Shown piece after piece: positions 51,061 to 64,000 of a DNA stretch of 64,000 nt. A program made the translations under genes and the position numbers. Origin of the DNA: Eledone cirrhosa (taxonomy: Eukaryota). The notes beneath the pieces were generated by a model, which saw only the letters and a list, made by a program, of their open reading frames with translations, was not told where the DNA came from and made no database searches. The stretch lies in contig OZ024740.1 of NCBI GenBank assembly GCA_964016885.1, forward strand, positions 92,070,001-92,134,000. The letters run 5' to 3'. Numbering within the stretch: position 1 is the stretch's first letter; each line of letters opens with the position of its first letter.

Positions 51061-52225
51061 TAGAAATCTCTTAGGATGGGAGATTCCTTCAAGCTATAGG
51101 GATAGCAACCCCTTCACACCGAGCCCAAGGTACACCAAACCCCTTACACCCGCCTCTAAACACCCTCCATTGCCGCCTCAAATAGCACACATAACATCAC
51201 ACCTACCTAGCAGCTAGAACCATGTCTCACACTGCTATGGTAAATCCCTCCCTCTCACTTCCTTAACCAGAACTCACGTTCGCTGACACTAGATGATATT
51301 ACGAGACAAAGTACGTCGGCAGAGTCCTATACTGTGTACAAAGAAGCACCCCACGTTTCCGCACGACGGGTTTCAACACCCAACCCCGGCTTGTGATCTG
51401 AATACCCGGAGGATATCCTGCCTCGAACCCGACCTCCTTCGCACGCAGGAGTCAGTGCTAAATATTGCAAGTAAATAGGATGCCCCTCTAACTACTACTT
51501 ACCCATCTCCCCATACCAAGAGGAACTTTTGTTCCTGTCTGCGTGTGTGGGCCTCCACATATAGACGTATATGGATTTGTGTGTATGCGTGCATGCATGT
51601 GTTCCGATGTGTTTGACTGTGTGGATGCGAATAGATGAATGCACCCGAAGATGTGTTTATACGTATGTACGAGCATTGCTGGGCATTGGCTGACAGATAC
51701 ACGTACGTACTTTATGCAGAAATAAGAATTGTAATTATTTATAATCCTGGATCCTGACACACATGTATTTTAGTTTTGTTTTTGTTGGTTTTAAAATAAA
51801 CGCATTTTTTTGTTTGGCATCCCCCACTATAAGATATAGTGGCAATGGAGATGCCAGTCTACAGGCATACATTCTTCCTATCATAGCAGCAGCCCACCCT
51901 GATTGACCTACTGGCTGACCCTGCTAACACCACTACCACTACCACCACAGTAAAGTAGGTCAGCTGGACTTGAACATTCTGATAAAAGCAACTATAACAG
52001 GCTGACCTGTTTCTGAAGAATCTCTATAGTCTTCGGCTGGGATGTGGTCTGGTAGCTAACCAATGAGGTCGGAGCGTGTCCTCTGACGCTAAAATATGTT
52101 TGTTCTTGCACATATGATTCCAATTCTTCTGAGGAATAACAACACACCCAGGAGCTGGAGATATCGATGTTGTAACATAGTAGAACACATTACAACACCA
52201 TTTTTACCTGTTAATTCTACATTCA

Positions 52226-52288
52226 TTCTTACTGTCTGATGAGGCCACAGCCAATATTGGCTGTCACTGAAATATATATAGCAGAGAT
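52226..52288 (+). ncRNA. Type I hammerhead ribozyme in an orphan terminal-repeat-like segment that ends at (TA)n 52440
   Basis: ctgt-CTGATGA-ggccACAGCCAAtaTTGGCTGTcact-GAAA-tatat-ATA-gcag. Confidence 0.75.
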
Positions 52289-52436
52289 TCAGAATAAACG
52301 AAACAAATTGTAACATGTTTGACTTACACATATTATTTTACATTACTCCGAAATAAACAAACCAAACTACGTACCACGTTGAGTGTTCCACATGCATAAC
52401 GAGGTATTGGTAAATAACCAACACATACTCAAAATG

Positions 52437-52479
<43 letters not shown>

Positions 52480-52484
52480 CTAAT

Positions 52485-52672
52485 AATAATTGTTTCTATT
52501 TTAGGCACAAGGCCAGCAATAACCCAGTGCATTACTGGTACTTGATTTTATCGACCCCGTAAGGATGAAAGGCAAAGTCAACCTCGGCGGGATTTGAACT
52601 CAGATCGTAAAGGGACGTAACTATGCTGGAAAGCATGGCGTCCGACCCTCTACCGATACTGCCAATCGACCG
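52485..52672 (-). mobile_element. Full-length tRNA-derived SINE
   Basis: Minus: A-box-like TGGCAGTATCGG, B-box GAGTTCAAATCCC, body gccgaggttgactttgcctttcatcc, (ATT)n tail. Confidence 0.88.
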
Positions 52673-52860
52673 TATATAGTTATGTATAGTTATGTATATA
52701 GTTATGTATATAATATAAACAACTATAAACAGGGAGGTCAGTAATTTTTTATTACCTTATTACCAGTAAGAGAGATAGCTCAATGTATGAACGTCAGTTG
52801 TTTTACAGTGCAGTTAAATAAATAAATTATACAATTATGAAAGTTGTGTTCAAATCATTT

Positions 52861-52912
52861 AATAGCTGACAATCGTGTCTTCCAAACTCTCGTTTGGAAT
52901 CATCGGAACATT
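52861..52912 (-). ncRNA. Damaged hammerhead copy (CCGATGA / GACA)
   Basis: Inverted partner of 56493-56544. Confidence 0.55.
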
Positions 52913-55900
52913 ATCAATGTTTGCACATATAATTAACCTCCTATTAAACTGAACAATAATATAGATACATATAAATTAATGTTGTGAGCAACAGTTTCGT
53001 ATTTACAGGGTGGATTGGATGTGACATATATTTTACGAGAATTGTATTCAAGATCAAATTCAAATCAAAATTCAAATTAAAATCAAAAACACGGAGTGGA
53101 ATACATGCAACAGTTAAAACAAGGGAATAGTCCATATATTAAAGAATCATTGAGGAAGCAGTTTTGAGAAAGGAAGAGTGCGATAACAATTCATATGCAG
53201 GCGTGTAGATAGTGTGGGCTGCGTAAGTCATATACATGAGAAGGAGACAACCAAAGCTATTATGCATATATAGATGAATAAATACTGCAGCTGAAGCAAA
53301 TATGTTAATGTATTAGAGTCTATGGTGGGTGTTGAATGTTGATGGTGTTCAAATTAATATGTGTTCAGAAACATACAGTTTTTGCAGACTTTTCCATGAC
53401 ATATGTTGAATTAAATTTTAGTTAATGTTTATATTGAGTGTTTTAAGTTAGTTAGAGCAATTCATTGTAAATTAGTCTTAATGAATTCATATTCATAGAC
53501 AATATTTGATCATTCGTTAAATTTTCAATCGTTAATTTCCGGAAGTGAATAAGGGGAGTTAATGCGTAAGGGGAGGTAACTAGCTAATTAAGTTCAATCC
53601 AGTTATTATACTTTGTTCTAATACACAATATATTGTGATACCATTGGATCTCTGTTACATAACCCTGTATATTTATGCCTGGTTTGAAATACAGTGTATT
53701 CTACTATCATACATTAAAGGTTTCTTTAGATTGTTATCTATTCATTATTGGACAAGGTATATGTTATGAAGGATTATTTAGCTGTAAATATGTCATAATA
53801 GATATACTATTTGTGTAATAATATAATCCCTAATATAGAATGATATTACATTTTATATTTAATTATAAGTGTATATATACTTTATTATTATTATGTTGTG
53901 TAATTTAAGCATTTAATTATACAATTACAAATGCGCACATAGTTTATCATCACACCTTACATTAAATGTCTCTAGATACCAAGTGCTAAATATCCATTGC
54001 TGTATAAGATATAATTAATCTATTGAAGTTATATCAATGTGGTAAAACTATGTCTAATTCTAACTGTTATTGCAGAGCATAAGGTTATAGATGAATAGGA
54101 GTTGTGTAGCGGAAAGAGTTGGTCGAGGGGTTTGTGGTTGCTGCTAAGTCCTAGATGTGTAGTGTTAATGGTGGTGGGGAATTCAAATCTGACATTGTTG
54201 TATACTAACAGCTAGGTTTACAGTTATGGAACGAGTGTCGGTACCAGTGTTGGCACGAGGAAAATGTTTCTGACTTTCTATTAAGGAGGTCTAGTTTCGA
54301 AAATATTATAGTATGTGTCTCCAGAAGGCAGAGATTACACAATTTATTCGGTGGTTTATACGATGAGGCCCTACCTACTACTTTCCATTGCAGTTTAATT
54401 TGTATATTCCTAAAAGAAAATAGAAGGAGAACTAATGCATTCTTCCATCCCCCTTTCAATCTAAACGTCTATACCAACTTGCCTAAGGCTTTTTTCTCAA
54501 TCTTAGAAAGAAACTTCCCGACCGGCCACAAGTACCATAGCCTTATCAATAAAAATACAATTAAAACATCGTACTCCGCCACATCTAAGATAGCATACCA
54601 TATAGCTAGTAGTATTAAATGGAAGATTAATAACTATTTACAACTAATTAAAACACAACAGGAGGTAAACTTAGTACCTGTAAACAATAGTAGTAATAAT
54701 AGTAATAATGATAATAGCACTAATGAAATCAATAATAATACAAATGATAGGCATCATTACCCTAGGGCTACCCCTAGCAACCTGAAATCTTCACAACATA
54801 GGAACCTGCATGCTAACACCCAGAATAAATGTAACTGTAGAACTAATAGAACATGCACCCTCAACGCAAACAACTCTTCTAAAACATATATAGGTTCTAC
54901 TTCGAACAACTTCAAGACGAGATACAACTCGCCCCTCCACTATTTCAAAACACGCGATCTAGCCAGCTCCACGTCTTTATCTAGCTACATACACTCTCTG
55001 AAAACTAGGAATAGACCATTTACACTACAATGTGAAGTAGTAGGTAGGGCCTCATCGTATAAACCACCGAATAAATTTGGTAATCGTTGCCTTCTGGAGA
55101 CCCATACTACAATCCTTTCGAAACTAGACATCCTTAATAGAAAGTCAGAAACATTTTCCTCGTGCCAACACCGGTACCGACACTCGTTCCATAACTTTAA
55201 ACCTAGCTGTTAGTATACAACAATGTCAGATTTGAATTCCCCACCACCATTAACACTACACATCTCGGACTTAGCAGCACTCACAACCATACACCCCTCT
55301 ATCAACTCTTTCCGCTACACAACTCCTATTCATCTATACCGTATGCACTGCAATAACAGTCAGCATTAGACATCGAGTTACCATCTTGTAACTACAATAG
55401 ATTAATCATAAGTTATACAGTAATGGATATTTGGCACTTGGTATGTAGAGACATTTAATGTAATGTGTGATGATAAACTATGTGTGCACTTGTAATTGTA
55501 TAATTAAATGCTTAAATTACACAACATAATAATAATAAAGTATATATACACATATAATTAAATATAAAATGTCATAGCATTTTATATTAGGGATTATATT
55601 ATTACACAAATAGCATATCTATTATGACATATTAACAGCTGTATAATCCTTCAAAACATATACCTTGTACAGTAATGAATAGATAACAATCTAAAGAAAC
55701 CTTTAATGTATGATAGTAGAATGCACTGTATTTCAAACCAGGCATAAATATACAGGGTTATGTAACAGAGATCCAATGGTATCACAATATATTGTGTATT
55801 GGAACAAAGAATAATAACTGAATTGAACTTAATTAGCTAGTTACATCCCCTTACGCATTAGCTCCCCTTATTCACTTCGGAAAATTAACGATTGAAAACT

Positions 55901-56492
55901 TAACAGTTGATCAAATATTGTCTATGAATATGAATTCATTAAGACTAATTTACAATCCATTGTTCTAACTAACTTAAAACATTCAATATAAACATTATCT
56001 AAAATTTATTACAACGTATATCATGGAAAAGTCTGCAAAATCTGTATGTTTCTGAACACACATTAATTCGAAAACCATCAACATTCAACACCCACCATAG
56101 ACTCTTATACATTAACATATTTGCTTCAACTGCAATATTTATTCATGTATATATGTATAATAGCTTTGCTTTTTTCCTTCTCATGTATATGACTTATGCA
56201 GTAACACTATCCACACGCCTGCATGTCAATTGTTATCGCACTCTCCCTTTCTCAAAACTGCTTCCTCAATGCCTCTTTAATATTTGGACTATTCCCTTGC
56301 TTTAACTGTTGCATGTATTCCACTCCGTGTTTTTGATTTTAATTTTAATTTTGATTTGAATACAATTCTCGTGAAATATATGTCACATCCATTCCAACCT
56401 GTAAATACGAAACTTGCTCACAACATCAATTTATATGTATCTATATTAGTGTTCAGTTGAATAGGAGGTTAATTATATGTGCAAGTATTGAT

Positions 56493-56544
56493 AATGCTCT
56501 GATGAATCCAAACGAGAGTTTGGAAGAAACGATTGTCAGATATT
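56493..56544 (+). ncRNA. Minimal type I hammerhead ribozyme
   Basis: aatgct-CTGATGA-aTCCAAACgagaGTTTGGAa-GAAA-cgatt-GTC-agatatt; GNRA-capped stem II; stem I imperfect in this copy. Confidence 0.78.
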
Positions 56545-56577
56545 AAATGATTTGAACACAAGTTTCATAATTGTATA

Positions 56578-56628
<51 letters not shown>

Positions 56629-59147
56629 TAGGTTCGTGCGTCTCCCTGCATTGGAAGTTCAAAGATGATAACTTTGATTTGTTACACCATTTTCTTACTC
56701 AAGTATAATTAGGTGTATAACGGATTAGATGGATTGTTATACCTGCATTTAATTACAATAACAAGAATAGAATTGTTTTACTGCATACATGGTCAAATGT
56801 AGTTTAAGAACTTTCCTTCCAATCGCTCTTCCAGAGATTGTGGTACATCAAACTAAAACCTTATAATCCTATACCTCAGTGTCATTTCATAATCTTGTAG
56901 TTAACGCCAGAGATCTCTTGAGCAATCGATGAATATTTCGATGAATGAAATGTATTCAAGCACGCACAAATCATTACTGTCATTGTATTAATAAACATTT
57001 CAATCTCCTGTTTGCCATTGAGTATCCAGGAAATTAAAATTGCATGATCTAACGGGTGGGTCTTGTAAATATGATTATTGTTTATAATATTTCATTTCCT
57101 TTTGACTGCCTAATTTACATGTTAAACTATAACCATCTTATCGGTTGATCCGCTATTTTTACACTATCTAGTAATTTGTCCCTTGCAATACATACTTCCT
57201 TCTACAATATTCTGTCTATCCCTATTGTAACAAATATATATTCCACTGAGTGGATATTTATGAAATGTTATTAAATATTCGATATGGGTTAAGCGTGAGA
57301 TTTTAGTCATATATCAGATCGAAATGGCTATTATTTCAGTGGCACAATATTAATTCTAACACAGAGTCGGTTATATGCTTCTCATCATTAAACATCCCTA
57401 TGTATTTCTGCCAATTTAATATATTCGAAAATCAGGTGCTTAATATATAATTAAAAATACGTGGCAACAATACTAACAAAAGCTCTGAATATTATAAATA
57501 TGTTAAACATTATTAAAATCATAGGGTTCATGAGCAAATAAGTATATATTTAGTAATATTATTTCCAACTTATAAGCACAAGATGTGCGATTCTGCTTTT
57601 TGTACGTATGGGTTTGAATGTGTGTGTAGTTGGATGTAGTTTCATATGTGTATTGTTTTCAGGACAGTTTGTTATCCCATTATTATAATACTTTGTCAAT
57701 CCATGCACGCCTTAAGCCTTTAACATGAGACAGAATGCCAAAGTGATGAGAAGTAAACTTATATTACTATACTCAGTAATGGAGAGAAGAACAAAGAAAT
57801 ATGTTTGTATGTATACGGTGTAGATTGACATTAACACATGCTGGTTTTAATATGATTTGAATACGGTTTGAATATGATTTGAATACGGTTTAAATATGAA
57901 TAAAATCAGTTATGAAGGGAATATATATTTAGCCTACGGGTAGAACACAATTTGCAACTAAATTATCATTAGACGATTACGTTTTAAATGAGATTATTTC
58001 TAGTATTTAGTAGATTCAATACAAAAATGAATGAGAAGAAATTCTCAATGGTGCCTACGGTTCAGTGAGTATAATATATAATATGCAGTTTTAGAAATTC
58101 AACCAACGCTCAAAGTATTTAAAATTCTCGAAGCAATTTTTGATAAAGCAGCAATAGTTATTATCTACCACTGCTCAACAGTATGTAGAAACTGCGTATA
58201 TACTGGAAATTATATTATGTTAAGCGGAAACAAATTCATTCGAGCTGGACTCGTAACAGTACGGCAACTTTGTGCTGAGATATTTTACATTGGATGGGTA
58301 ATCTCTTTTATTATTGGCAGTATTTATTGGAAGTTGAAAATATGTGGCTACATTAATATGATTTCTGTTTTGAAATATTGCCTTAAATTGCTAAGGTTGT
58401 GAAATATCTCTACTTATATTCAAAGAACCTTATTCAATATTGTACAATACCTGTAATAATTTAGTAAATAACTTTTCACAAGGAAAAGAAAAATGTCTGG
58501 TATAACGTTTCAACACTCAATCTGAACTGTAAGGTATGCAAAATTATATCAGGTTTATGTAAATTTGTATGGCAGAAAAGGCATTTATTCCTATAAAAAC
58601 ATGCTTTTAAGAATCTGTTCTGTTGGTGTCATTCATGATATTACTTTTTATATTTCAGTATATGAAATATTTACTATATTGTGACGAAATACATCAAGAA
58701 TATAGTATAGGCGACTTTAATATCAAGCGACTTTAATATCAATTCATATTATTTTAACTTGACGATTTATATGGATTAAATCATGAGTGTTACAAATTTA
58801 GGTATATTATTAAAGAGTTTCTATTTACAGGAAGGCAGGCAATTATGAATCATTAATCTCTTTAGATATTAAAATGAAATATGTAGCGGAAACCAGCCCG
58901 AATTGAATATAAATATAGAATCGTAAAACGCAAAATTTGCCGCTCGATTTGACATCCAACAACCAAAATTCAAATTGGACATTTTATAACAGCTGCAAAT
59001 GATATAACAAAATGTTGTAATTATATAATGAATCCATTCGGATATGCGTTATATCATTACGTTTAAATATACACCTCTACGGATTAAAATATACAAATTA
59101 AGGAAATCTTTTTATTTTTATATCCGAGTATTACCCCCGAAATAAAA

Positions 59148-59340
59148 TAATAATTGTTTCTACTTTTGGCACAAAGCCAGCAATAACCAGTACATTACTG
59201 GTACTTTATTTTATCGACCCCGTAAAGGATGAAAGGCAAAGTTAACCTCGGCGGGATTTTAACTCAGATCGTAAAGGGACGTAACTACGCTGGAAACCAT
59301 GTCTCACCCTCTACCAATACTAATACTGCCAATTCACCGA
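59148..59340 (-). mobile_element. Full-length tRNA-derived SINE copy
   Basis: Colinear with 52485-52672. Confidence 0.86.
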
Positions 59341-60345
59341 AACAAAATAATAATAAAATTAATTATCTAATTACACTTTGTACCCATATTGGAATTATGC
59401 CGACGAATGTCGTTCACCCAGTCAGGACACGGGATACGTATGGATATAAAGGAAACAAAGAAACTTTCTCTCCTATTCTATATTTTATGTGCAATCGCAC
59501 GCAAAATAACTAAATCTTTCACATAAGCTTTGCTCTTTCAGCTAAGCAAACGAAATCTTACTATCATTGATTTCCCTTCGGATGTATTTTGGTGTTCACC
59601 CTGCATGCCACTTGTCTATTTTCTGTTGAATGTCATAACAGTGCGTGACAGCTGTATTGGTAGAATAAGGGAGCTGCTGATAGTTTGCTTTATGCGTGCA
59701 TATTACAGAGATCAATGTGTTGCCTCCAGCAGGCTGTTGTGTCGAGTAGTCAGCTACTTGTCTTTGTCGCAAGTTCATGTATAGCTTCATTCATTAATGC
59801 CAATAGAATGTTAATTATTTCATTTCGATCCTATTCCTAACATTGGTAACAGATAACTATAACTGTAATATATAAAGGCATATATGATAAGTATAATGTA
59901 TATACATGGGTCACGCTATGAGTAACATAAGTTTGGATCATGTCATATCAATGTAAACACCAGAGTGCGAGTAGTTGATACCTGTTTCTTTAGTTTTATC
60001 TGTCAGTGAACATGTTTTGCTTTTTTGTATGTACTGAATATTGGTTTAAGTTATAGATTGTATAGTGTTAAATCAACAAAAAATGATCATATGCATATAG
60101 TATTGACCGAATATCTATGGCATATGCTAAGGTTGGTGGTGTAGACATCAATAAATTGTGCTATAATGATCAGTGTTTAAGCCAGAAAACATGACAGAAA
60201 ACTGTTCGAAAGTTTTATCATAACGAGCAAAATGGTATTTGAGGAATGTCTCTCTCATATATATATGTATACATACACACGCACGCACACATACACACAC
60301 ACACACATATATACACATGCACAAACACACACGCGCACACACGCG

Positions 60346-60422
<77 letters not shown>

Positions 60423-60599
60423 TCACACACACAAATATATATATACACACACAAACACACACAGATATATATTATAAGGCCCTGTTCGGAAAGTATATTG
60501 CAGTTCTCATCTCATGATCTAAAATCTGGCGATATGCCTGCTTGATGCTCTGGGTAGCGTAGGATGGACCTAGAAATATGGTGTATTCCGGGAGTCCAC

Positions 60600-62650
60600 C
60601 TATTTTAAAAGGGGAGAAAACCTTTCATATTGGTACCTGGAACATCGCAACTCGTGAGGTTTAGGATCAGAAACTAGTAGAGGAGACTAGACGCTGGCAA
60701 CTAGATATAAACGGGGTTTCTTCAATATTTCTTTGTCGCGGTTACTTTGAATTTGGATGAATGATGGAAACTCCAATACTCAGGTATGGCACAAATGACA
60801 ATGACTTTACAGGTGGGCATGGTTGCTCACAAACATGTGGCTGTCAGAATATATTATTGACTGGATTGCCTGGTGAGAGGATTTGCATCTTGAGACATAG
60901 GATGAAATTTATGTTTCTGTGATTGGTGCAATTTTATTTTTAAAAAGAGTTATCTGAGTACGGACCCTTAGTTAATGAAGTCACTGCATTGCTAGATGTT
61001 CTTAAGAACGACTAATTTAACTGTATACTTGATTTCAATGTAGATGTTAACAGTTACCGTCTAACATTGAAAGGACTAATAGACAGGAAGGAAGATCCCA
61101 ATCTAAACATGAATGGCAATGATCTATTGACGTATGTTCTAGTAATGGGATCTGGATTATGAACAACTTTCATCACAATCCGATTCATAAATATACATGG
61201 TATATAAAGCATCAAGGACTGAGTTCAATTATTGATTTTCCGATCTGCTCTACTCAGCTACTACTTGCGAATAATAAAGACAGGAAGGCCTAAAATAGCA
61301 GGTCATGCAGAATTAAATGAGAAGCTTTGGTGGATAAGAATATCAGTTCTAATGATACGGATTCTTTTGCAAACACATTCTGATGACACCTTAGCAAACA
61401 TAAGACGCTGAAAGATATAGGGGTCCGATGAAATCTGCAGTAATTGCTTTAGCTGTTGAATGCTGGGGGTGAAAGCAGTCTGGTGTGGCGCTGGATGAGA
61501 TGAGAACCCTTGCTGCAAACAAAATTTCAAACATGGCCTCCGAGCAAAGATGAAGTGCTAAAAAGTTTGTCAGAGAAATAAATCCTCCATATTGCCCTTG
61601 CGGTGTATGCAGACACGAAATGAACAAAAATCTGTTCGTGCAGAGCACGCACCTACTTTGTAATAAGATTCCTCCGCATCAGCTATCAGGAAAAAGAGGT
61701 TGACCTTCACGATATCTGAAAGGTTTCTTCTTGGGTAGATATGGTGCATCCGGTAGTGATGGATAATCTCTTAGGAAACTAGGACACAAATGCAAGTAAA
61801 ACCTGAAATATTAATGTGATTTAGACCACCTCAGAGGATGATCTACGATCAGAGATTTTAATAGCCTTAAATATTCAAGGTAATCTCTTGTTGACGCAGG
61901 TATTCCGGCTAATCTAGATCTCTGGAAAGGTACCTAATCAATTTTCAAAGAGGAGACAAAGATTGCTGCAATTATAGAGGGATATCATTCTTAAGTCTCT
62001 CCGATAAAGTCTTTGCTACATGGCTATGAAAAAATATGTACGAAGCCTGTAGAGTACACGATTGCAGAGTGCAGCTGATCTAATATTCACACTTCTTTGA
62101 GAACATTTCTAAGTATCTCTAAGAGTCGTATGCTTGCTTCGCAGGTTCTCGAAAATGCATATTACTACGTTCCAATAGACAGATTCTTATTTCCCTAATG
62201 TTTCTAGTGGAATGCTGCAATATATATCTGTGCATAAATGTTACTAAATTGGAACCAGTCAATGTGGGAGTTTATTTCCTCTTCTTCCTGAACTTAATTA
62301 ACATGTGCTGTTGGAAGATGTATCAGAAGTGGTGGGTGTAAGATTAGTCAGCAAGGATTTACAAATGACAAGGACTTACTTAATTCACCAGAGGTTAATC
62401 TGAAATATGCACTTCAAATGTTGATCCCCAATTCTGCTCGACTAGAACAGAAATCAGTACTGCAAATACTGAGACACTCTTCCTTTCAAGGATGGCTTCA
62501 CAATGCAACCTACATTAGATTAGAATTTCACTGAAAGAGGTGGAGTTATTCACGTATCTCATGGCAATTTTCAAGGCTGATGGAATTCAGGACGCTGATT
62601 TCAGAAGTTGGTACAATAATTCACCAGCTTCAACATTCGGCATTCAATTA
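60600..62650 (+). pseudogene. Heavily decayed non-LTR retrotransposon (APE endonuclease + RT), probably RTE clade
   Basis: Fragments HIGTWNI (~60626), DFNVDV, NMNGNDLL, HKYTWY, SIIDF and CNYRGISFLSLSDKVFA (~61970). Confidence 0.7.
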
Positions 62651-62818
62651 GGTTTCTTGGATAATGACCGATAGAATACGATACCGAATACAAGCACCCG
62701 AAATAGGATTCGACAGAAACATGTTAATTGCATAACGTGAAGATGAATGAATCTCTCCTGACAGTGACTTTACATTTGAAGTGACAGATCACTGCTTCAA
62801 TATTATGGAGTCGTGGCA

Positions 62819-63047
62819 GGAAAGTTTGAGTAAGAAATCGCTAGACATATTTTACGGGAAAAAATGACCAAGGAGAGACCCCTCCAATTCTAAAGATTAG
62901 CGGCCGTCATATAGATGCAAGTACATCTTTAAAGGAAAGTTTGAGTACGAACTCGCTAGACATTTTTTTTACGGGAAAAAACCAGTAAGGAAAAACCACT
63001 CAAATTCTAAAGAGTAGTGGCCGTCATATAGATGTAAGTACATATTT
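62819..63047. repeat. Diverged ~115-bp tandem duplication
   Basis: ggaaagtttgagta...gccgtcatatagatg.aagtacat at 62819 and 62934. Confidence 0.8.
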
Positions 63048-63223
63048 ATGTAATTATTTTTGTATTATCGATCACAATACCTGAAAGGCTACGTGGCGGA
63101 AAAAGGCAAAACCCACACGTACCCACACATAAACACACGCGGGCGAACACGGAATATAATTGTGTTTCAAACTGAATCTTCTTTTTCCACGATGGCCATC
63201 GGTTACTATTACTACTGTATAAA

Positions 63224-63276
<53 letters not shown>

Positions 63277-63329
63277 ATTTAAAAGTTCACTATTCACAAG
63301 TGTTTTTTAAGCTTCATATCATGTATCCC

Positions 63330-63400
63330 TATTTTATCTGATGAGAACGCAGATATCATCCCATGATGATATTTGTTTTTGAAATGCGCATAATAAAATA
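63330..63400 (+). ncRNA. Type I hammerhead ribozyme in a ~520-bp TA-flanked non-coding insertion (63273-63790)
   Basis: tattttat-CTGATGA-gaacGCAGATATCATCccatGATGATATTTGTtttt-GAAA-tgcgc-ATA-ataaaata; 8-bp stem I; palindromic stem III ATGCGCAT. Confidence 0.85.
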
Positions 63401-63784
63401 CTTGGAACTCTTTTAACCATCTTTTGATCTTATGTTGTATATATAGAGAAAAAAAAAACCACCACACCACAGACATGTTTAATCCCTATATATAGAACAA
63501 CACACCATATACACATCATTTTGACAAGCGCACCTCAGCGTTAAAGGTCTTTCTAAAAACGAAACAATACCTCCTACATTAACCAAGAACTCCTAAGACC
63601 TAACCAACAACCAACAACTTAATTTACCAAACAAATTTTTTTAAGATGAATTTTTTCTAATCCGGAAAAATATTATTGTTGGATTTTGTGAAGAAAATAA
63701 ATTTGTTGAAAGCACAGAGTGAAGCCATTTTTTTCTTGCTCCCTGTCTTAATATACCTAACTGTACCAAGGATTACACACATTT

Positions 63785-63855
<71 letters not shown>

Positions 63856-63907
63856 TATATACACATACACACGCACACACATATATATATATATACATAT
63901 ATGTGTG

Positions 63908-63998
<91 letters not shown>

Positions 63999-64000
63999 AT

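Larger units (their letters stand above)
52710..56582. mobile_element. Older head-to-head pair of 5'-truncated Naiad-like copies (GIY-YIG end + ~1.4-kb 3' UTR)
   Basis: 52822-54394 is the reverse complement of ~55020-56582 with scattered mismatches; ORF 54479-55213 has IKTSYS, CNC, YIGSTS..FKTRY, C.LETH, LNRKSE...CQH. Confidence 0.9.

Noticed and set aside
52485-52672. tRNA gene
   Set aside because: A and B boxes are present but there is no cloverleaf; five dispersed copies with a shared body and tail indicate a SINE.
56630-60140. Possible host exons in the unique AT-rich tract (several yyyyCAG acceptors; ORF 58217-58402)
   Set aside because: The frames I checked are interrupted by stops and no domain is recognisable.

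Overview
AT-rich eukaryotic DNA full of microsatellites, with no host gene I can support. A tRNA-derived SINE resembling octopus OR/OK SINEs suggests an octopod cephalopod (from memory, unverified). The window is a nest of Penelope-like retroelements (PLEs; RT + GIY-YIG endonuclease) from at least three lineages (Naiad-like, Neptune-like, probably Nematis-like), plus a decayed RTE-type LINE. One 898-aa RT/GIY-YIG ORF is intact (20918-23614, minus). The ORF track misses two things. (1) About 25 type I hammerhead ribozyme (HHR) motifs, intact or decayed. Some lie in PLE termini; others lie in non-coding tandem units of ~460-515 nt that look like circular-RNA retrozymes. Variants include a U3-A8 core and strongly elongated stem II. 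(2) Most of these insertions are head-to-head inverted pairs whose two 3' ends sit in (TA)n tracts. The two ends are staggered by a family-specific distance (about 50-110 nt). One family shows identical ends in insertions from 53 bp to 6.6 kb, and one insertion joins arms from two different families. My inference is a (TA)n-targeted, two-primer/two-template PLE integration system that also mobilises ribozyme-bearing non-coding RNAs. All pairings and coordinates were read by eye.
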